Part shown: positions 37,895 through 47,874 of the stretch, one piece after another
Layout: each line of letters opens with the position of its first letter
Position numbering within the stretch: position 1 is the stretch's first letter
Program-made: the position numbers and the translations under genes
Notes under the pieces: generated by a model
Told to the model about the DNA's origin: nothing
Database searches by the model: none
The model's input: only the letters and a program-made list of their open reading frames with translations
Origin: Tagaea sp.
Lineage (GTDB): Bacteria; Pseudomonadota; Alphaproteobacteria; CACIAM-22H2
Direction: 5' to 3'
Assembly: GCA_965279525.1 (NCBI GenBank)
Contig: CBDIIB010000002.1
Coordinates: forward strand, 320,001-384,000
Length of the DNA stretch: 64,000 nucleotides

Positions 37895-39985
37895 CTACTC
37901 CGTTACCCGTTCATAGGCCTGCTTCACGACATGCATGGCAGACTGGATTTCCGTTAATTCTCGAAGCGAGAAGGTCACATCACCCGATTCGCTGGCATTC
38001 GTGATGAATGAGCTGCCCGACGAATCTTGTGCGATTCCCGATGGGTCGTCGACCTCGTCGAACTCCATGTTCAGCACCAGCAAAACACGGCGGCTGCGCG
38101 GGAGAACTTCGAGGAAATGGTCGTATACGCGATACACCACGCTCTTTGCCCCGCACAGTTCTACTACATCGTCGCCTAGAGCACACAGATGTGGTCGTAT
38201 CGCGTCGAACAGTGCACGGGCCTCGGGATCAAACCCAATCGCCTCGACGCTATACTGGGCAGCGGCCGCGCGCCGCTCTTCCAACTCGGAGGCACGCACT
38301 GCGTCCATGTCTACAGATAAGCCTGGCCAGATCTTCACGGCCTGTTGAGCGAGAGCTTTTCCGCGCGCCTCGATTTCAGTTGGCGTCCAGCAAGCCTGTT
38401 CGCGGATAAATCGGTTCAAGCGCAGTGGGCTATCGTTGAATCCCTTCGGTATTGTCTTCTTTTCGTGGAAGGGACGGTCTCCGTATTCGGAGTTGTAGCC
38501 GGTCAAAGTCAAGTTGCCGAGGCGATGAAGCCAAGCTTCTTGTATCTGCTTCCAGTCCGATCCAAGCATCTCACGCCAGGGTGGCAACAGGTTCTCGTTC
38601 TGGGGCATGACGTGTTCGATCGTAAAGTCGCTGGTATCGATCTTCTCCTTGCTGTCGTTTTCAAGTCGATCGAGCAAGTAGGAGCAAGAGCGCATTGCAT
38701 AAACATTTCGCGTTTCCAGCGCGTCGCGGAACTCGATATCGGTCGGAAAGCGGCGCTTCTTTCCGCCTCGATACAAGGCCACTTTCAGGCTCTGCAACGG
38801 ATCAGCGTTACTGATCTTGTAGGCGATGCCAGCAAAGATTTGGTACAAACTGCGCGTCTGCATGTCGCAAGCCGAGCGACGGAAAACGTAGCTTTCGAGT
38901 AATTCGATTGCCTCACCGAATGCACGGCTGTCGAAGGCATTGGTGCGTGTATGGCAGTCGTACAAGCGCAGCATTAAGGGCGAGGCGACTTCCACCAGCG
39001 TACGAAGTCGGCCGGCCGCCGCAGCAAACTGCGGGTCCCCTTCGCGACCAAGGCTGAAGCGTACGTAGTAGTCCGCAAAGCGCTTCAGCTCGGCAAGCAC
39101 ATCTTCCACCTTACTGGCGGTGGTTTCAGAATGGAAGTAACTGCGGAACTGCTGGTAGATCGCATCGGAGCGTAGTTGCTTGCTCGGTTGCAGCTTGAGG
39201 ACCAGAAAATCGCGGCAGAACTTGTCGAAATCGCTACGATAGCGGTTACCAAACGCAAGCTCGATGGGGCGCCAATAATCCTCGTACAGCCGAGTTTGCA
39301 ATTCGTCTTCTAGCCGCATAAGCACAAAGTTACGGATAAGATCGGCCTGCGTCAGATCTAGCCCCGTGGAATTGAGACTCTCAAAAATCATCTGCGGGTC
39401 GTCGTGGCCGCGAGTCAGGCTGACATCGACTATTACCAGCTTGGCAATGCCGGCATACACCTTGGCAGCGTCAGCCTCGGCGATCTGGTCTCGGAAGAAG
39501 GCATAGTTTTCGCGTACAGACTCGGCCGCAGTTTCTGAGAGTGCTTGCTTCGCAACTAGGGCAAGCAGGGCTTCGTTGTCGGCTCGGCGTAACATCAATT
39601 TGCTTCGCCGCTCATTCTTGCCATGGCGATTGCGCAAGAAGCGGTCTTCCACCTCCTCTGCCGACGGTAGGGCGTCATCATTTGTCGGGTGGGCGTTGAG
39701 GTGATCGCGCAGCGCAGTGAGCAGGAGAGTAACGGTAGTTAACCGCTGCTGCCCGTCGATCAACAGCCAGCGCGGAATAGCGGCCTGATTGTCCTCGGCG
39801 GCGATGTAGACCACTGAGCCCAAGAAGTGAGCGCGGGTTGCCGGGTCACCTCCGACCCGCAAGATGTCGTTCCAGAGCTGCTGGCAGTGCTTCGTGCCCC
39901 AGGAATAGTCACGCTGGAAGATCGGCACGATGAACTGCTTAGCGCCATCGAGAAGTTGGGTAAGTGGTAGGTCTTGGGCGTTCAT
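37895..39985 (-). CDS. GmrSD-like (DUF262 + DUF1524 HNH) protein with C-terminal DUF5655-like domain
   Basis: FQRDYSW, IDGQQR, FESLNSTG, IEHVMPQ...LGNLTL motifs; ATGA overlap with hsdS. Confidence 0.88.
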   Translation of the reverse strand: MNAQDLPLTQLLDGAKQFIVPIFQRDYSWGTKHCQQLWNDILRVGGDPATRAHFLGSVVYIAAEDNQAAIPRWLLIDGQQRLTTVTLLLTALRDHLNAHPTNDDALPSAEEVEDRFLRNRHGKNERRSKLMLRRADNEALLALVAKQALSETAAESVRENYAFFRDQIAEADAAKVYAGIAKLVIVDVSLTRGHDDPQMIFESLNSTGLDLTQADLIRNFVLMRLEDELQTRLYEDYWRPIELAFGNRYRSDFDKFCRDFLVLKLQPSKQLRSDAIYQQFRSYFHSETTASKVEDVLAELKRFADYYVRFSLGREGDPQFAAAAGRLRTLVEVASPLMLRLYDCHTRTNAFDSRAFGEAIELLESYVFRRSACDMQTRSLYQIFAGIAYKISNADPLQSLKVALYRGGKKRRFPTDIEFRDALETRNVYAMRSCSYLLDRLENDSKEKIDTSDFTIEHVMPQNENLLPPWREMLGSDWKQIQEAWLHRLGNLTLTGYNSEYGDRPFHEKKTIPKGFNDSPLRLNRFIREQACWTPTEIEARGKALAQQAVKIWPGLSVDMDAVRASELEERRAAAAQYSVEAIGFDPEARALFDAIRPHLCALGDDVVELCGAKSVVYRVYDHFLEVLPRSRRVLLVLNMEFDEVDDPSGIAQDSSGSSFITNASESGDVTFSLRELTEIQSAMHVVKQAYERVTE

Positions 39986-41235
39986 GCGGCCACCGATTGG
40001 GAGAGTTTGGACATTTCGATCTGACCAGAGAGCAGGCGCGGCAGGAGGAGGTCGCGGACACGGCGGAGATTCTTGATTTGAAAGATGAGAGCCTGTTGCT
40101 GATCGATGATTCCGGAAAACAGTCTGGTGAACCTTTCGCCGACATCGCCTTTCGGAATCAATATAGGGAATCTCTCCAGCACATCCCAATTGGCGCGCGG
40201 CATCTTCGCGCCGTTGGCAGTCGCGCTCGCCTCGGCAACAAATGCGTCGCTTGAGACGCACGCAACTACGATGGCGTAGTGCTCGGGCTGGCGAGCACGG
40301 ATGACAATTGTATCTGCGGAGCAAAGGCCATCGAACGGAGCGACACTGACCTTGTGGAAATATGGCCGTATTTTGCCGAATAGGACCTCGCCTTTCTTGA
40401 ACTCCAATTTGTTGGAGCCGAGTTCTGACACTGTTTCCCAAGCGTTGAGAGCAATTGAGCGGCGCGGAATGTGTTCAAGGCCGACGTAGGGCTTCGGCTC
40501 CTTGAGTTCGCCTTTGGGCACGTTGCGGCGCATCTCTTCCGCCACTTCCCCCAGCTTTTTTATCTCCAACCCCTTTGGAATGTCGCCGAGAGGGGGCGGT
40601 ACACCGCGAGTGGATTCGTGACCGGGAAAACGAAAGTTGACGAACCACTCGCGGTAGAGGGCGCGGGCCATCGACTCCAGAATCTTGATGCGCCGTTGGC
40701 TGTTTTCGATCAGCTCGTCGTAGGTCGACAGGATGCTTGATATGCGGCGTTGTATAGGTAGGGGCGGGAGCGTGAACTCGAAGTCAAGAATCTGCTGGCC
40801 GCTGATGTGCGGAATGCTTACGCCGGTTGTGATTGGCCTTACGTAACTTTCGAAGCCGAAACTACCAATCACGAAGCGCAAGAAGCTCTGGTCAAGGCGT
40901 CCGTTGCTGGAGCGAAGTCGGGCGCAGCGCTGAACCAATAGCGCTTTTGGGTCGCCTGCTCGAATGAATGACCACTTCAAGCCAGCGGGGATCCACGGAC
41001 GGTCCATCGCGACAACCACGTCGCCGGGGAGCAGATGAAACTTCTCCATTTTCTCCCAGTCGGACGCTGGCCAGCGTTTGGAAATCTCCCATAGGATGCG
41101 GCCCTGACTGACGTTTTCGCCTTTAACGAGCGGCACATCGTCAGGTTTGTCGGTGAAATGCTCGCTCTTAAACGGAAAGCCGGCGAGTAGGTTCACGCAA
41201 TCAGCAAGTTTCACTTTTGGCCAAGTCTCCATCAT
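39982..41235 (-). CDS. hsdS: Type I R-M specificity subunit
   Basis: Two variable TRDs; LPPLPIQRRI...LYREWF spacer; RDLLLPRLLSG. Confidence 0.94.
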   Translation of the reverse strand: MMETWPKVKLADCVNLLAGFPFKSEHFTDKPDDVPLVKGENVSQGRILWEISKRWPASDWEKMEKFHLLPGDVVVAMDRPWIPAGLKWSFIRAGDPKALLVQRCARLRSSNGRLDQSFLRFVIGSFGFESYVRPITTGVSIPHISGQQILDFEFTLPPLPIQRRISSILSTYDELIENSQRRIKILESMARALYREWFVNFRFPGHESTRGVPPPLGDIPKGLEIKKLGEVAEEMRRNVPKGELKEPKPYVGLEHIPRRSIALNAWETVSELGSNKLEFKKGEVLFGKIRPYFHKVSVAPFDGLCSADTIVIRARQPEHYAIVVACVSSDAFVAEASATANGAKMPRANWDVLERFPILIPKGDVGERFTRLFSGIIDQQQALIFQIKNLRRVRDLLLPRLLSGQIEMSKLSQSVAA

Positions 41236-42854
41236 TACAGCTCTAATATAGCCGCAACGTTCGTGGCGATGGTCTGCTCAAGCGTCCGCGCCTGAGCGTT
41301 GAGGGCTTCCAGTTCCTCGTTCAGCGTTTCGATCTGCGTCTTGAAGTCCTCGTCGCTTACCTCGTCGCCCGGAGCCACACCTACATAGCGGCCAGGGTTG
41401 AGCGACCAGCCTTGCGCCTCAATCTCCTCGAGCGTTGCCGCCTTGCACAGGCCGAGAATGTCGGCATAGGCAGCCTTCTTGCCGAACACTTCCTTCAGCT
41501 TGTTCGCGGTCTCTTCGCCGCCGACGGTCAGGTTCGGTGCTTCGCCGCGATAGAGGCGCACGAGGTTGGCGATGAAGCCTATCTGCGCGGGCGTCCAGTC
41601 GCGATGCGCGCGGTCCACCTGCCGGTAGATGTGGCGGGCGTCGATGAAGAGGACGGTGTCGGCGCGCTTGGTCTTGGCCCTGCCTCGGTCGAGGAACCAC
41701 AGCGTGCAGGGCAGCGTGACCGTGTAAAACATGTTGGGGCCGACGGCGACCATCACGTCCACCGCCCGAGCCTCGATCAGCTTCTGCCGCAGCTCCTGTT
41801 CGCTGGAGCGTGCGTCTGACGCCGAATTGGCCATGACGAAGCCGGCGCGGCCCTTGGTGTTGAGCGCCGAGTAGAAAAGCTGGATCCAGAGATAGTTCGC
41901 GTTGTCGGGCTTTGGCAGGCCGAACGGGAACCGGCGGCCGGCGCCGACCATGTCCTTGAGCCGTTCCTTGTCCACCGCGTTGACGTTGAAGGGCGGATTG
42001 GCGAGGACGAAGTCGAACTGGCCGGTGGCTGCGTGCGGGTCGTCGTAATAGCTGTTCACGTTGCCGCCGTGGCGGATGTCGCCCTCCAGCCCGTGTACGG
42101 CAAGGTTCAGGCGGCACAGGCGGCCGGTCTCGTCGGTCTTCTCCACACCGCAGATGGCGAGTTCGGCGGCAGGGTTCTTCTGGTGCTCGGCCACAAATCG
42201 GGCTGACTGAACAAACATGCCGCCGGACCCGCAGGCGGGGTCGAGGATGCGGCCATGGAATGGCTCGATGATTTCGGCCAGCAGCCGGACAATGCTGGAG
42301 GGTGTGTAAAACTCGCCGCCCTTCTGGCCCTCGGTGCGCGCGAACTCGCCCAGGAAGTATTCGTAGATGCGACCGAAGGCGTCGAAATCCACGCTGGCCG
42401 GGATTTCGGAAACCTTCTTGAGCAGTTCCTTGAGCAGCGTGCCGGTGAAGAGGTTGTACGTCTTGGGTAGCACGCCGGCGAGCTGGGGATTGTGCTTCTC
42501 GATCGCGCGCATGGCCGCGTTGACCTTGGCGCCGATATCGGCCGCCTCCGGCAGCTTCAACAGATAGTCGAACCGGGCCTCGGGGCCGAGATAGAGGATG
42601 CCTTCGGAATGGTAGGCGGCCGCCTCGTCGACCCGGCTTCCCCGGCGGGACGAGGTGCTGGCCTTCTCGAGCTTTGCGCGCTGGGCCGTAAAGCGGACCT
42701 CGGTAAAGCGCAGGAAGATCAGGCCGAGGATCGGTCCGGAATACTCCTGGGCCTTGAGGCCGGAATTGGCCCGGAACTGGTCGGCCGTGTCCCAGAGGCT
42801 CTTTTCGAGTGATGTACTGGCCGTGTCTTTTTCGGAAGTTGCGACCCAACGCAT
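41235..42854 (-). CDS. hsdM: Type I R-M methyltransferase
   Basis: [14 protein letters not shown] and ANPPFN motifs. Confidence 0.96.
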   Translation of the reverse strand: MRWVATSEKDTASTSLEKSLWDTADQFRANSGLKAQEYSGPILGLIFLRFTEVRFTAQRAKLEKASTSSRRGSRVDEAAAYHSEGILYLGPEARFDYLLKLPEAADIGAKVNAAMRAIEKHNPQLAGVLPKTYNLFTGTLLKELLKKVSEIPASVDFDAFGRIYEYFLGEFARTEGQKGGEFYTPSSIVRLLAEIIEPFHGRILDPACGSGGMFVQSARFVAEHQKNPAAELAICGVEKTDETGRLCRLNLAVHGLEGDIRHGGNVNSYYDDPHAATGQFDFVLANPPFNVNAVDKERLKDMVGAGRRFPFGLPKPDNANYLWIQLFYSALNTKGRAGFVMANSASDARSSEQELRQKLIEARAVDVMVAVGPNMFYTVTLPCTLWFLDRGRAKTKRADTVLFIDARHIYRQVDRAHRDWTPAQIGFIANLVRLYRGEAPNLTVGGEETANKLKEVFGKKAAYADILGLCKAATLEEIEAQGWSLNPGRYVGVAPGDEVSDEDFKTQIETLNEELEALNAQARTLEQTIATNVAAILEL

Positions 42855-43148
42855 GCTCGGGGGGTTTCCTCTGGTTACAGCGGCCGTACTTGCCTCGGCA
42901 TCCGGCTTCGACCGCACCGGATTTGACCCTAACCCGACCCGATTTGGCAACCGCTGGTCGATTCACCGATCGGCAGCAATCGGGCCGGGCCAGGCACGGG
43001 TTCGGACCTGGCTCAGGTCTATCCCGCGTATACGCGTATACAGGTGCGGGCGCGCGAGCTTTGCCGGCTGTGTTGGCCACCGTCGCTATTCCGCGTTTGA
43101 CGGTCTGCGGCCGGCCTTCGGCGGCTAGCCTAAGCCCAAGCCAACGAT

Positions 43149-43203
43149 ATGCCGGCAGATTGCGGGTGAGATGCGGACGGGTTGCGGACGATTTGAGCGC
43201 GAT
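43149..43203. repeat. Degenerate 11-bp-period array
   Basis: ATGCCGGCAGA/TTGCGGGTGAG/ATGCGGACGGG/TTGCGGACGAT/TTGAGCGCGAT. Confidence 0.55.
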
Positions 43204-43506
43204 CTGTATCCACGTTCCCGCTGGGGGCCGGTGCCACTTTGGTGCCAGTCTGAGGTCATTTGGCCGCTGCAGGCTTGATGCAAGTACGCTGCAATCCCTG
43301 CGACAGCCCACACTATGCCCGCAATGGCGGCCCGAAGTTCAGCAGGGTGGGGGAGACCCGCTGCCCGCTACCACCCCAGCCAAATCGATACCGACTCCAA
43401 GAAACGCGCCTAATCGCGTTTTCCACCCAGCACTCCGAGTAGCCACAATTTCCACTGGTAGGGTACTTCGAAGCGTAGGTTCAATTTCTACTCGGAGGAA
43501 CCGTCA

Positions 43507-44256
43507 ATGCGCCGTCTTTTTCTGGTCGCTGCCCTGCTGCTGTCCGGTTGCCAGACCGACAAGCTCGTGACGGCAGCGCCGTCAGGTGGAAATTCCGAAC
43601 TCGTCTCGCTCGGTCACCCCCTTGGGTCAGCCAAGGCGAAGGGCGTTGTTCTCTATCTTCACGGCTCAGTCGCGCGCGGACGGCACGGGCGGGACTATGA
43701 AGCCCCCCGTGTCGTTGAGGACTTCGGGGACGCATCCTTCGATGTCTACCAACTGCAACTCGCGGACATTCACAGTAACCGAGACGACAGGCTGCGGCTT
43801 ACGCACGACGCACTCAAGCAGATGCGGACCCTCGGCTATCGGTTCGTGGTCGTCGCCGGGCACTCTGCCGGCGGGACGATGGCCTTGCTCGCGGCCGGCC
43901 AGCTCGGCGGTGCGGACGCCGCCATCGTGTTCGCCCCCGGTTGGAACGCGCGGGAATCGCTCGATCGGCAGAGCGACATCATGCGGGCCCTCATCAGCGA
44001 GCTTCGCCCGAATATCCGCGTGGCCGCGTTCTACTTCACCGACGACGAGGTCATCACCCACTGGAAGGAAATAGCTACACTCGCGTCATCCGAGCTGGCG
44101 AAGCGCAATCAGCCCTCGTTCGTCATCATCCCCCAGATGCAGAACACCAAGGGACATGGCGGAATTTCCAGTTACGGCTTCGCGGACCGCTATTCCAAGT
44201 GCCTTGTGGAGTTCGTCACCGCGCCGGTCGCCAATCCGAACGTCTGCGCCGACTGA
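43507..44256 (+). CDS. Alpha/beta hydrolase lipoprotein
   Basis: Lipobox LLSGC; LYLHG; nucleophile elbow GHSAGG. Confidence 0.85.
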   Translation: MRRLFLVAALLLSGCQTDKLVTAAPSGGNSELVSLGHPLGSAKAKGVVLYLHGSVARGRHGRDYEAPRVVEDFGDASFDVYQLQLADIHSNRDDRLRLTHDALKQMRTLGYRFVVVAGHSAGGTMALLAAGQLGGADAAIVFAPGWNARESLDRQSDIMRALISELRPNIRVAAFYFTDDEVITHWKEIATLASSELAKRNQPSFVIIPQMQNTKGHGGISSYGFADRYSKCLVEFVTAPVANPNVCAD

Positions 44257-44367
44257 ACTTCGTTGCCGAACGTCCGTCCGAGCTTAACAAAGGTGTTGGT
44301 TCTCGGTTCGTAAAAGTTTCCGCGCCATAGCCTTCCAAGTCGTTCTAATCACTTAATACAGGTTCAT

Positions 44368-44433
44368 TTTGACGGAGCTTTGCGGCAGCTTTGCCGGAGG
44401 TTTGGCCAGCTTTTGACGTGGGTTTGCCGACCG
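44368..44433. repeat. Six 11-bp units each beginning TTTG
   Basis: TTTG at 44368, 44379, 44390, 44401, 44412 and 44423. Confidence 0.75.
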
Positions 44434-45086
44434 TTACTCCAATTGCATTGTTGAGTTCCTCATCCGCGGCGGCGGCCAGTCCGTGCGTCTGCGCGGACTA
44501 GCCGCCTATGCGTGCGCGTGTATACGCACAACCTTCATGACGGCCTAAGTACTGCTCTCAATTCGCCTGCGTTCAAGCCGTAGAAGGCCGGAACTTCAGA
44601 CGGTCCCGCATTTGAATTGGCGGAGTTAGGAAACGTACCAATCGCATTCTGGTAGCGACCAACTATCGTCTGGTGAGAAGCGGGATGAATCCCGAGATCC
44701 AAGTGCTGTTAACGTGAAGCGATGCCGATGCCCTGCCAAAACATGCCGGCCCAGGTCGAAAGACAGGCGCTAGATGGGGTAGCCGGGCCTTTCCTTGAGC
44801 CCCCTAGCCAAATTCGAAACCGACTCACAGAATCGCGTCTAATGGACTCGGCCAGATTGATATCGATCCGAGCCATAGCGCGACAATGAAGAGGAAATCG
44901 AGACCCACGGCCATTGCATGCCGTTTGTGGGCTGTAGAGCATTGAGCGGGATATCGCGGAACCGGCATGCTTGGCCTCAGTCACGTCGACAGTCAAAACC
45001 CGCGCCGACTCTGAGGGGCTGATTTCAGGTCAACTTCCGTAGCTTTGCTTCTCAGCATCTCAATCCCCCTCACATGGGGAGTAAAG

Positions 45087-45212
45087 GCGGTTCTTATCCG
45101 GACCACTACGCGGCATTTTAGACCCCTGACGGGTGCTCCAGCGGACCACAAAGCATTCCAGAGGTCCGGTCGGGAACCGCAACGGGCTTCCTGTGGTCCG
45201 CCTCAGAACCGC
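45087..45212. repeat. Four 20-bp imperfect palindromes (iteron-like)
   Basis: Approximate consensus GYGGTYC-N6-GRACCRC at 45087, 45130, 45161 and 45193. Confidence 0.7.
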
Positions 45213-45615
45213 GCGGCTTCCCTGCCGAGGTCTTCGGCGTCCAGCGCAGCCAGTCGCGGGTGGCCGGCTGGCCAATGTGTACCCGGTCCGTCACGCGCCA
45301 AGTCGCCGCCATTCGGCCGCACCACCGGCCGCGATGGGTAAGCACGAGGAACCCCTTCTCCGACAACTCCTCAAAAGCCCGCTTCGCAGTTGCCTTGCCG
45401 ATGTGCAGCAAGCGCGCTGCCTCATCGAGCGACAGCGACAGATCCCCATTGTTACTTCCGTTGTAGCGACACCTCAGCTCGCAATAGACCTTGAGCGCCG
45501 GGCCGCTCAGGCTGCGCCAAGCCGGCGACCTCGCGACCGAGTACGCGAGGGGATAGTACTGTTCCGGTCCATCGTTCCGCCCCGTCGCATTTGACCTACG
45601 CCTACCCCGAGCCAC
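45118..45615 (-). CDS. HTH protein, putative replication initiator
   Basis: SPAWRSLS...YNGSNNGDLSLS...KATAKRAFEEL winged-helix pattern; iteron-like repeats in the 3' end. Confidence 0.7.
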   Translation of the reverse strand: MARGRRRSNATGRNDGPEQYYPLAYSVARSPAWRSLSGPALKVYCELRCRYNGSNNGDLSLSLDEAARLLHIGKATAKRAFEELSEKGFLVLTHRGRWCGRMAATWRVTDRVHIGQPATRDWLRWTPKTSAGKPRGSEADHRKPVAVPDRTSGMLCGPLEHPSGV

Positions 45616-45872
45616 TACGACGCCTCCGCTGCATCGTCCGCACCGATCAGGCCGGCTTTCCGAGCGGCAGCCTCGATGGTGCGGAGCGATTTCACGAGCG
45701 TCGGAAGATCCTTCAACTCGATTCGCACCCCCATGCGTGTCGGCCCCCATCCTCCATCCGGCAAATAGGGCGCGTGCTTGCGGAGATCGATCGACCGCTT
45801 CTTGCCAAAATCGGTGAACGACACGACAACACGCTCCCGCGGCGACTTTTGGATGGTCAGGAGGGTCTTCAT
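45615..45872 (-). CDS. PC4/YdbC-like ssDNA-binding protein
   Basis: IQKSPRERVVVS...IDLR...PTRMGVRI pattern. Confidence 0.75.
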   Translation of the reverse strand: MKTLLTIQKSPRERVVVSFTDFGKKRSIDLRKHAPYLPDGGWGPTRMGVRIELKDLPTLVKSLRTIEAAARKAGLIGADDAAEAS

Positions 45873-46168
45873 GCCGCCACCTGCATCGGTTCGCCCAGAA
45901 GGCGGACGTGGGACCGGAGGACGTACCGGGCGTGCCGGCCCGCGAATTGCCCTCCGTGGCTTTCGTGAATAGTTTCGATCATCAGGCCCGCCTTGCGCAG
46001 GTTGTAGACGTAGCCGGACCAACGGGGCCCCACGTGGGTCAAAGGCGTGCAGCCTTCGGCGCCAGCGCGGTGCAGTTCGAGGAGCGCCCAGGCATCGCGG
46101 CCCTTGAGGGTCACGATGCTCGGCGCTTCGGGGTTGTCGAGGATTTCCACCTCGAGATAGAGACGCAT
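45869..46168 (-). CDS. Small winged-helix protein of alphaproteobacterial islands
   Basis: GRDAWAL...GCTPL...PRWSGYVYNLR...IETIHESHGG...HARYVL. Confidence 0.75.
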   Translation of the reverse strand: MRLYLEVEILDNPEAPSIVTLKGRDAWALLELHRAGAEGCTPLTHVGPRWSGYVYNLRKAGLMIETIHESHGGQFAGRHARYVLRSHVRLLGEPMQVAA

Positions 46169-46173
46169 CCGGA

Positions 46174-46362
46174 TCAAAGGACACCTCCCACGCCAAAGGC
46201 CAACTCGGAGACGGTACGGGCCGTGGCGGGAGCCATCCGGAACCGCTGGGTGAGGCGCTTCGCAGACAGGGGAAGCTCGGCGCGCTGGCGACGGTCGGCC
46301 CAGTCGAACAACGGGCCATGGGAGTAAGCGGCATTGCACGCCGCAGCGGGGTTCGGGTACAT
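46174..46362 (-). CDS. Small hypothetical protein
   Basis: PLFDWA motif; RBS AAAGGA; operonic position. Confidence 0.55.
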   Translation of the reverse strand: MYPNPAAACNAAYSHGPLFDWADRRQRAELPLSAKRLTQRFRMAPATARTVSELAFGVGGVL

Positions 46363-46449
46363 TGGGATAATTCCTTTTCGAACGGGGAATTGCATCTGAC
46401 GAAATCGAGCCCGGCAGGCGCCTCCAGCGCTTGTCGGGCTTTTCGTTGG

Positions 46450-46650
46450 CTACGCGGCGAGCGGGGCCCTCGGCTGACGCTCAATGAAAGCGTCGATCGA
46501 GCGGCGCAGCACGAGCCGCCGCTTGCCGACCTTCACCGCTTCGATTTCGCCGGCACCCATCAGCGAGTACAGCCGGGTGCGGGACAGGCCTGAGTAAGCA
46601 ACAGCAGTGGGCATCTGCATCGCGGTCGGATCGATTTTGGCGGGAGCCAT
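46450..46650 (-). CDS. Excisionase-like HTH protein
   Basis: AVAYSGLSRTRLYSLM...IEAVKVGKRRLV. Confidence 0.85.
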   Translation of the reverse strand: MAPAKIDPTAMQMPTAVAYSGLSRTRLYSLMGAGEIEAVKVGKRRLVLRRSIDAFIERQPRAPLAA

Positions 46651-46848
46651 ATTGACTGTCCTTCCAAGTTGCGGCCGTGATTGGCCGGGAAGGGACGATG
46701 CAGAGCGTTGGCCTGATCTGCCAATCACTTAGCCGAATATGAAATCCTATAAGTATTTGAAAATAATATAGTATTTGCTATTATTTTTGAATAATACAAT
46801 TTATAACTATATCAATAAGATGTCACACTTTCAGATATCTTGCCTACG

Positions 46849-47559
46849 TCACGCGTCTCGAAGCTGCGAAATCAGTAGCTTCAGTTTCGACGAGGAAATG
46901 GGCGGTACGAGGCATTCTCCAAATGTGAAAAGTAGGAGATTGAAAAGGCTTCTGTCGTGGCTATCTGGGCTGGAGCAAAGCGGATCCATTCCGGTCACGC
47001 TCTGAAAATGTTTGGAAAATGCGAACACAAACTGCCTTGCAACATCATCAGGTGCAAATCTGCCCCGCGAATCGTTTGTCAGTCGAGCACCCCGTTTCAG
47101 GACATCGTTTAATAGATGATGAATGTTTTTGAGTACTTGACGGCTCGGAGGACTAGTGAGCAGCGAATTTTTGACTGCTTCAAATTCAAAATCCTCGCCT
47201 GTGTTCGTGATTGCAAACACGCAAAATGGGTCGATATCCTTTCGGTTTAGCCACGCTCTAAGCAAATACAATCCGATCCGCCCTTCAGCCGTAGCAGGGC
47301 GAGCTCGAACCAACGCCACGTACTTGCGAAGCTCGGAGAGCTGGCGTGCGGCCCGGGATTTCCTGCCGATGAGAAGAGTCGGTGATTTTCGCCGTTCGTA
47401 GATTCGTCCGAGCTCAAATAGCGAGCTTGCAAGGTGCCGCCGCTTATATTTTGAGAGCTTCCGGAACGATGCGCCTACACTGAGGTCTTCCTCCAGCAGA
47501 AGGAGGATATCAGCCGAACCCGCGGCTTCGATTTCACAGAGCTCGCGATAGACTTTCAC
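46849..47559 (-). CDS. Hypothetical protein
   Basis: 236-aa low-GC ORF between the integrase and excisionase. Confidence 0.55.
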   Translation of the reverse strand: MKVYRELCEIEAAGSADILLLLEEDLSVGASFRKLSKYKRRHLASSLFELGRIYERRKSPTLLIGRKSRAARQLSELRKYVALVRARPATAEGRIGLYLLRAWLNRKDIDPFCVFAITNTGEDFEFEAVKNSLLTSPPSRQVLKNIHHLLNDVLKRGARLTNDSRGRFAPDDVARQFVFAFSKHFQSVTGMDPLCSSPDSHDRSLFNLLLFTFGECLVPPISSSKLKLLISQLRDA

Positions 47560-47591
47560 TATTCGTACATCCGCTGGCGCTCCGCATGGTG

Positions 47592-47645
47592 CGATGGGGA
47601 AGTGCGTGCGGTACGCGCTTATCGGGCGGCCGCCCTATCCCCTCG
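47592..47645 (-). ncRNA. Candidate structured RNA resembling the int-alpA motif
   Basis: Minus strand folds as a 3-way junction: GGGGA/TCCCC, GGGC-GGCC-GCCC, GCGT-ACCGC-ACGC; lies between int and xis. Confidence 0.4.
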
Positions 47646-47676
47646 AACTAGTTGCTATCGGCATTTCAAGGTCTAC

Positions 47677-47874
47677 TTAAGCCCTCGAGCGTGCCGTTAG
47701 CGTTTCATCGATCACCTTCGCGACGGTGTAATAGGCGGCATTCATACGCTCGCGATCGACGCGAACGCTGGCCTTATCGATTTCCTTGAATAGAAGGCCG
47801 GTTGCGTTCAATTGAGCGAGCATTGCTGCTCCGACTGTTCGACAATCAACCGCGCTGTGTGCTTCGCTGCTCAT
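47677..47874 (-). CDS. Small hypothetical protein
   Basis: ATGA overlap with the integrase stop. Confidence 0.45.
   Translation of the reverse strand: MSSEAHSAVDCRTVGAAMLAQLNATGLLFKEIDKASVRVDRERMNAAYYTVAKVIDETLTARSRA

Noticed and set aside
39986-40441. N-terminal extension of the 848-aa ORF
   Set aside because: Overlaps hsdS out of frame; the real start is the ATG at 39985
44709-44996. Small ORF downstream of the putative initiator
   Set aside because: No recognisable motif or RBS; cannot be supported
44368-45212. CRISPR array
   Set aside because: Units are degenerate, 11 or 20 bp, without identical repeats and regular spacers; no cas genes in the window
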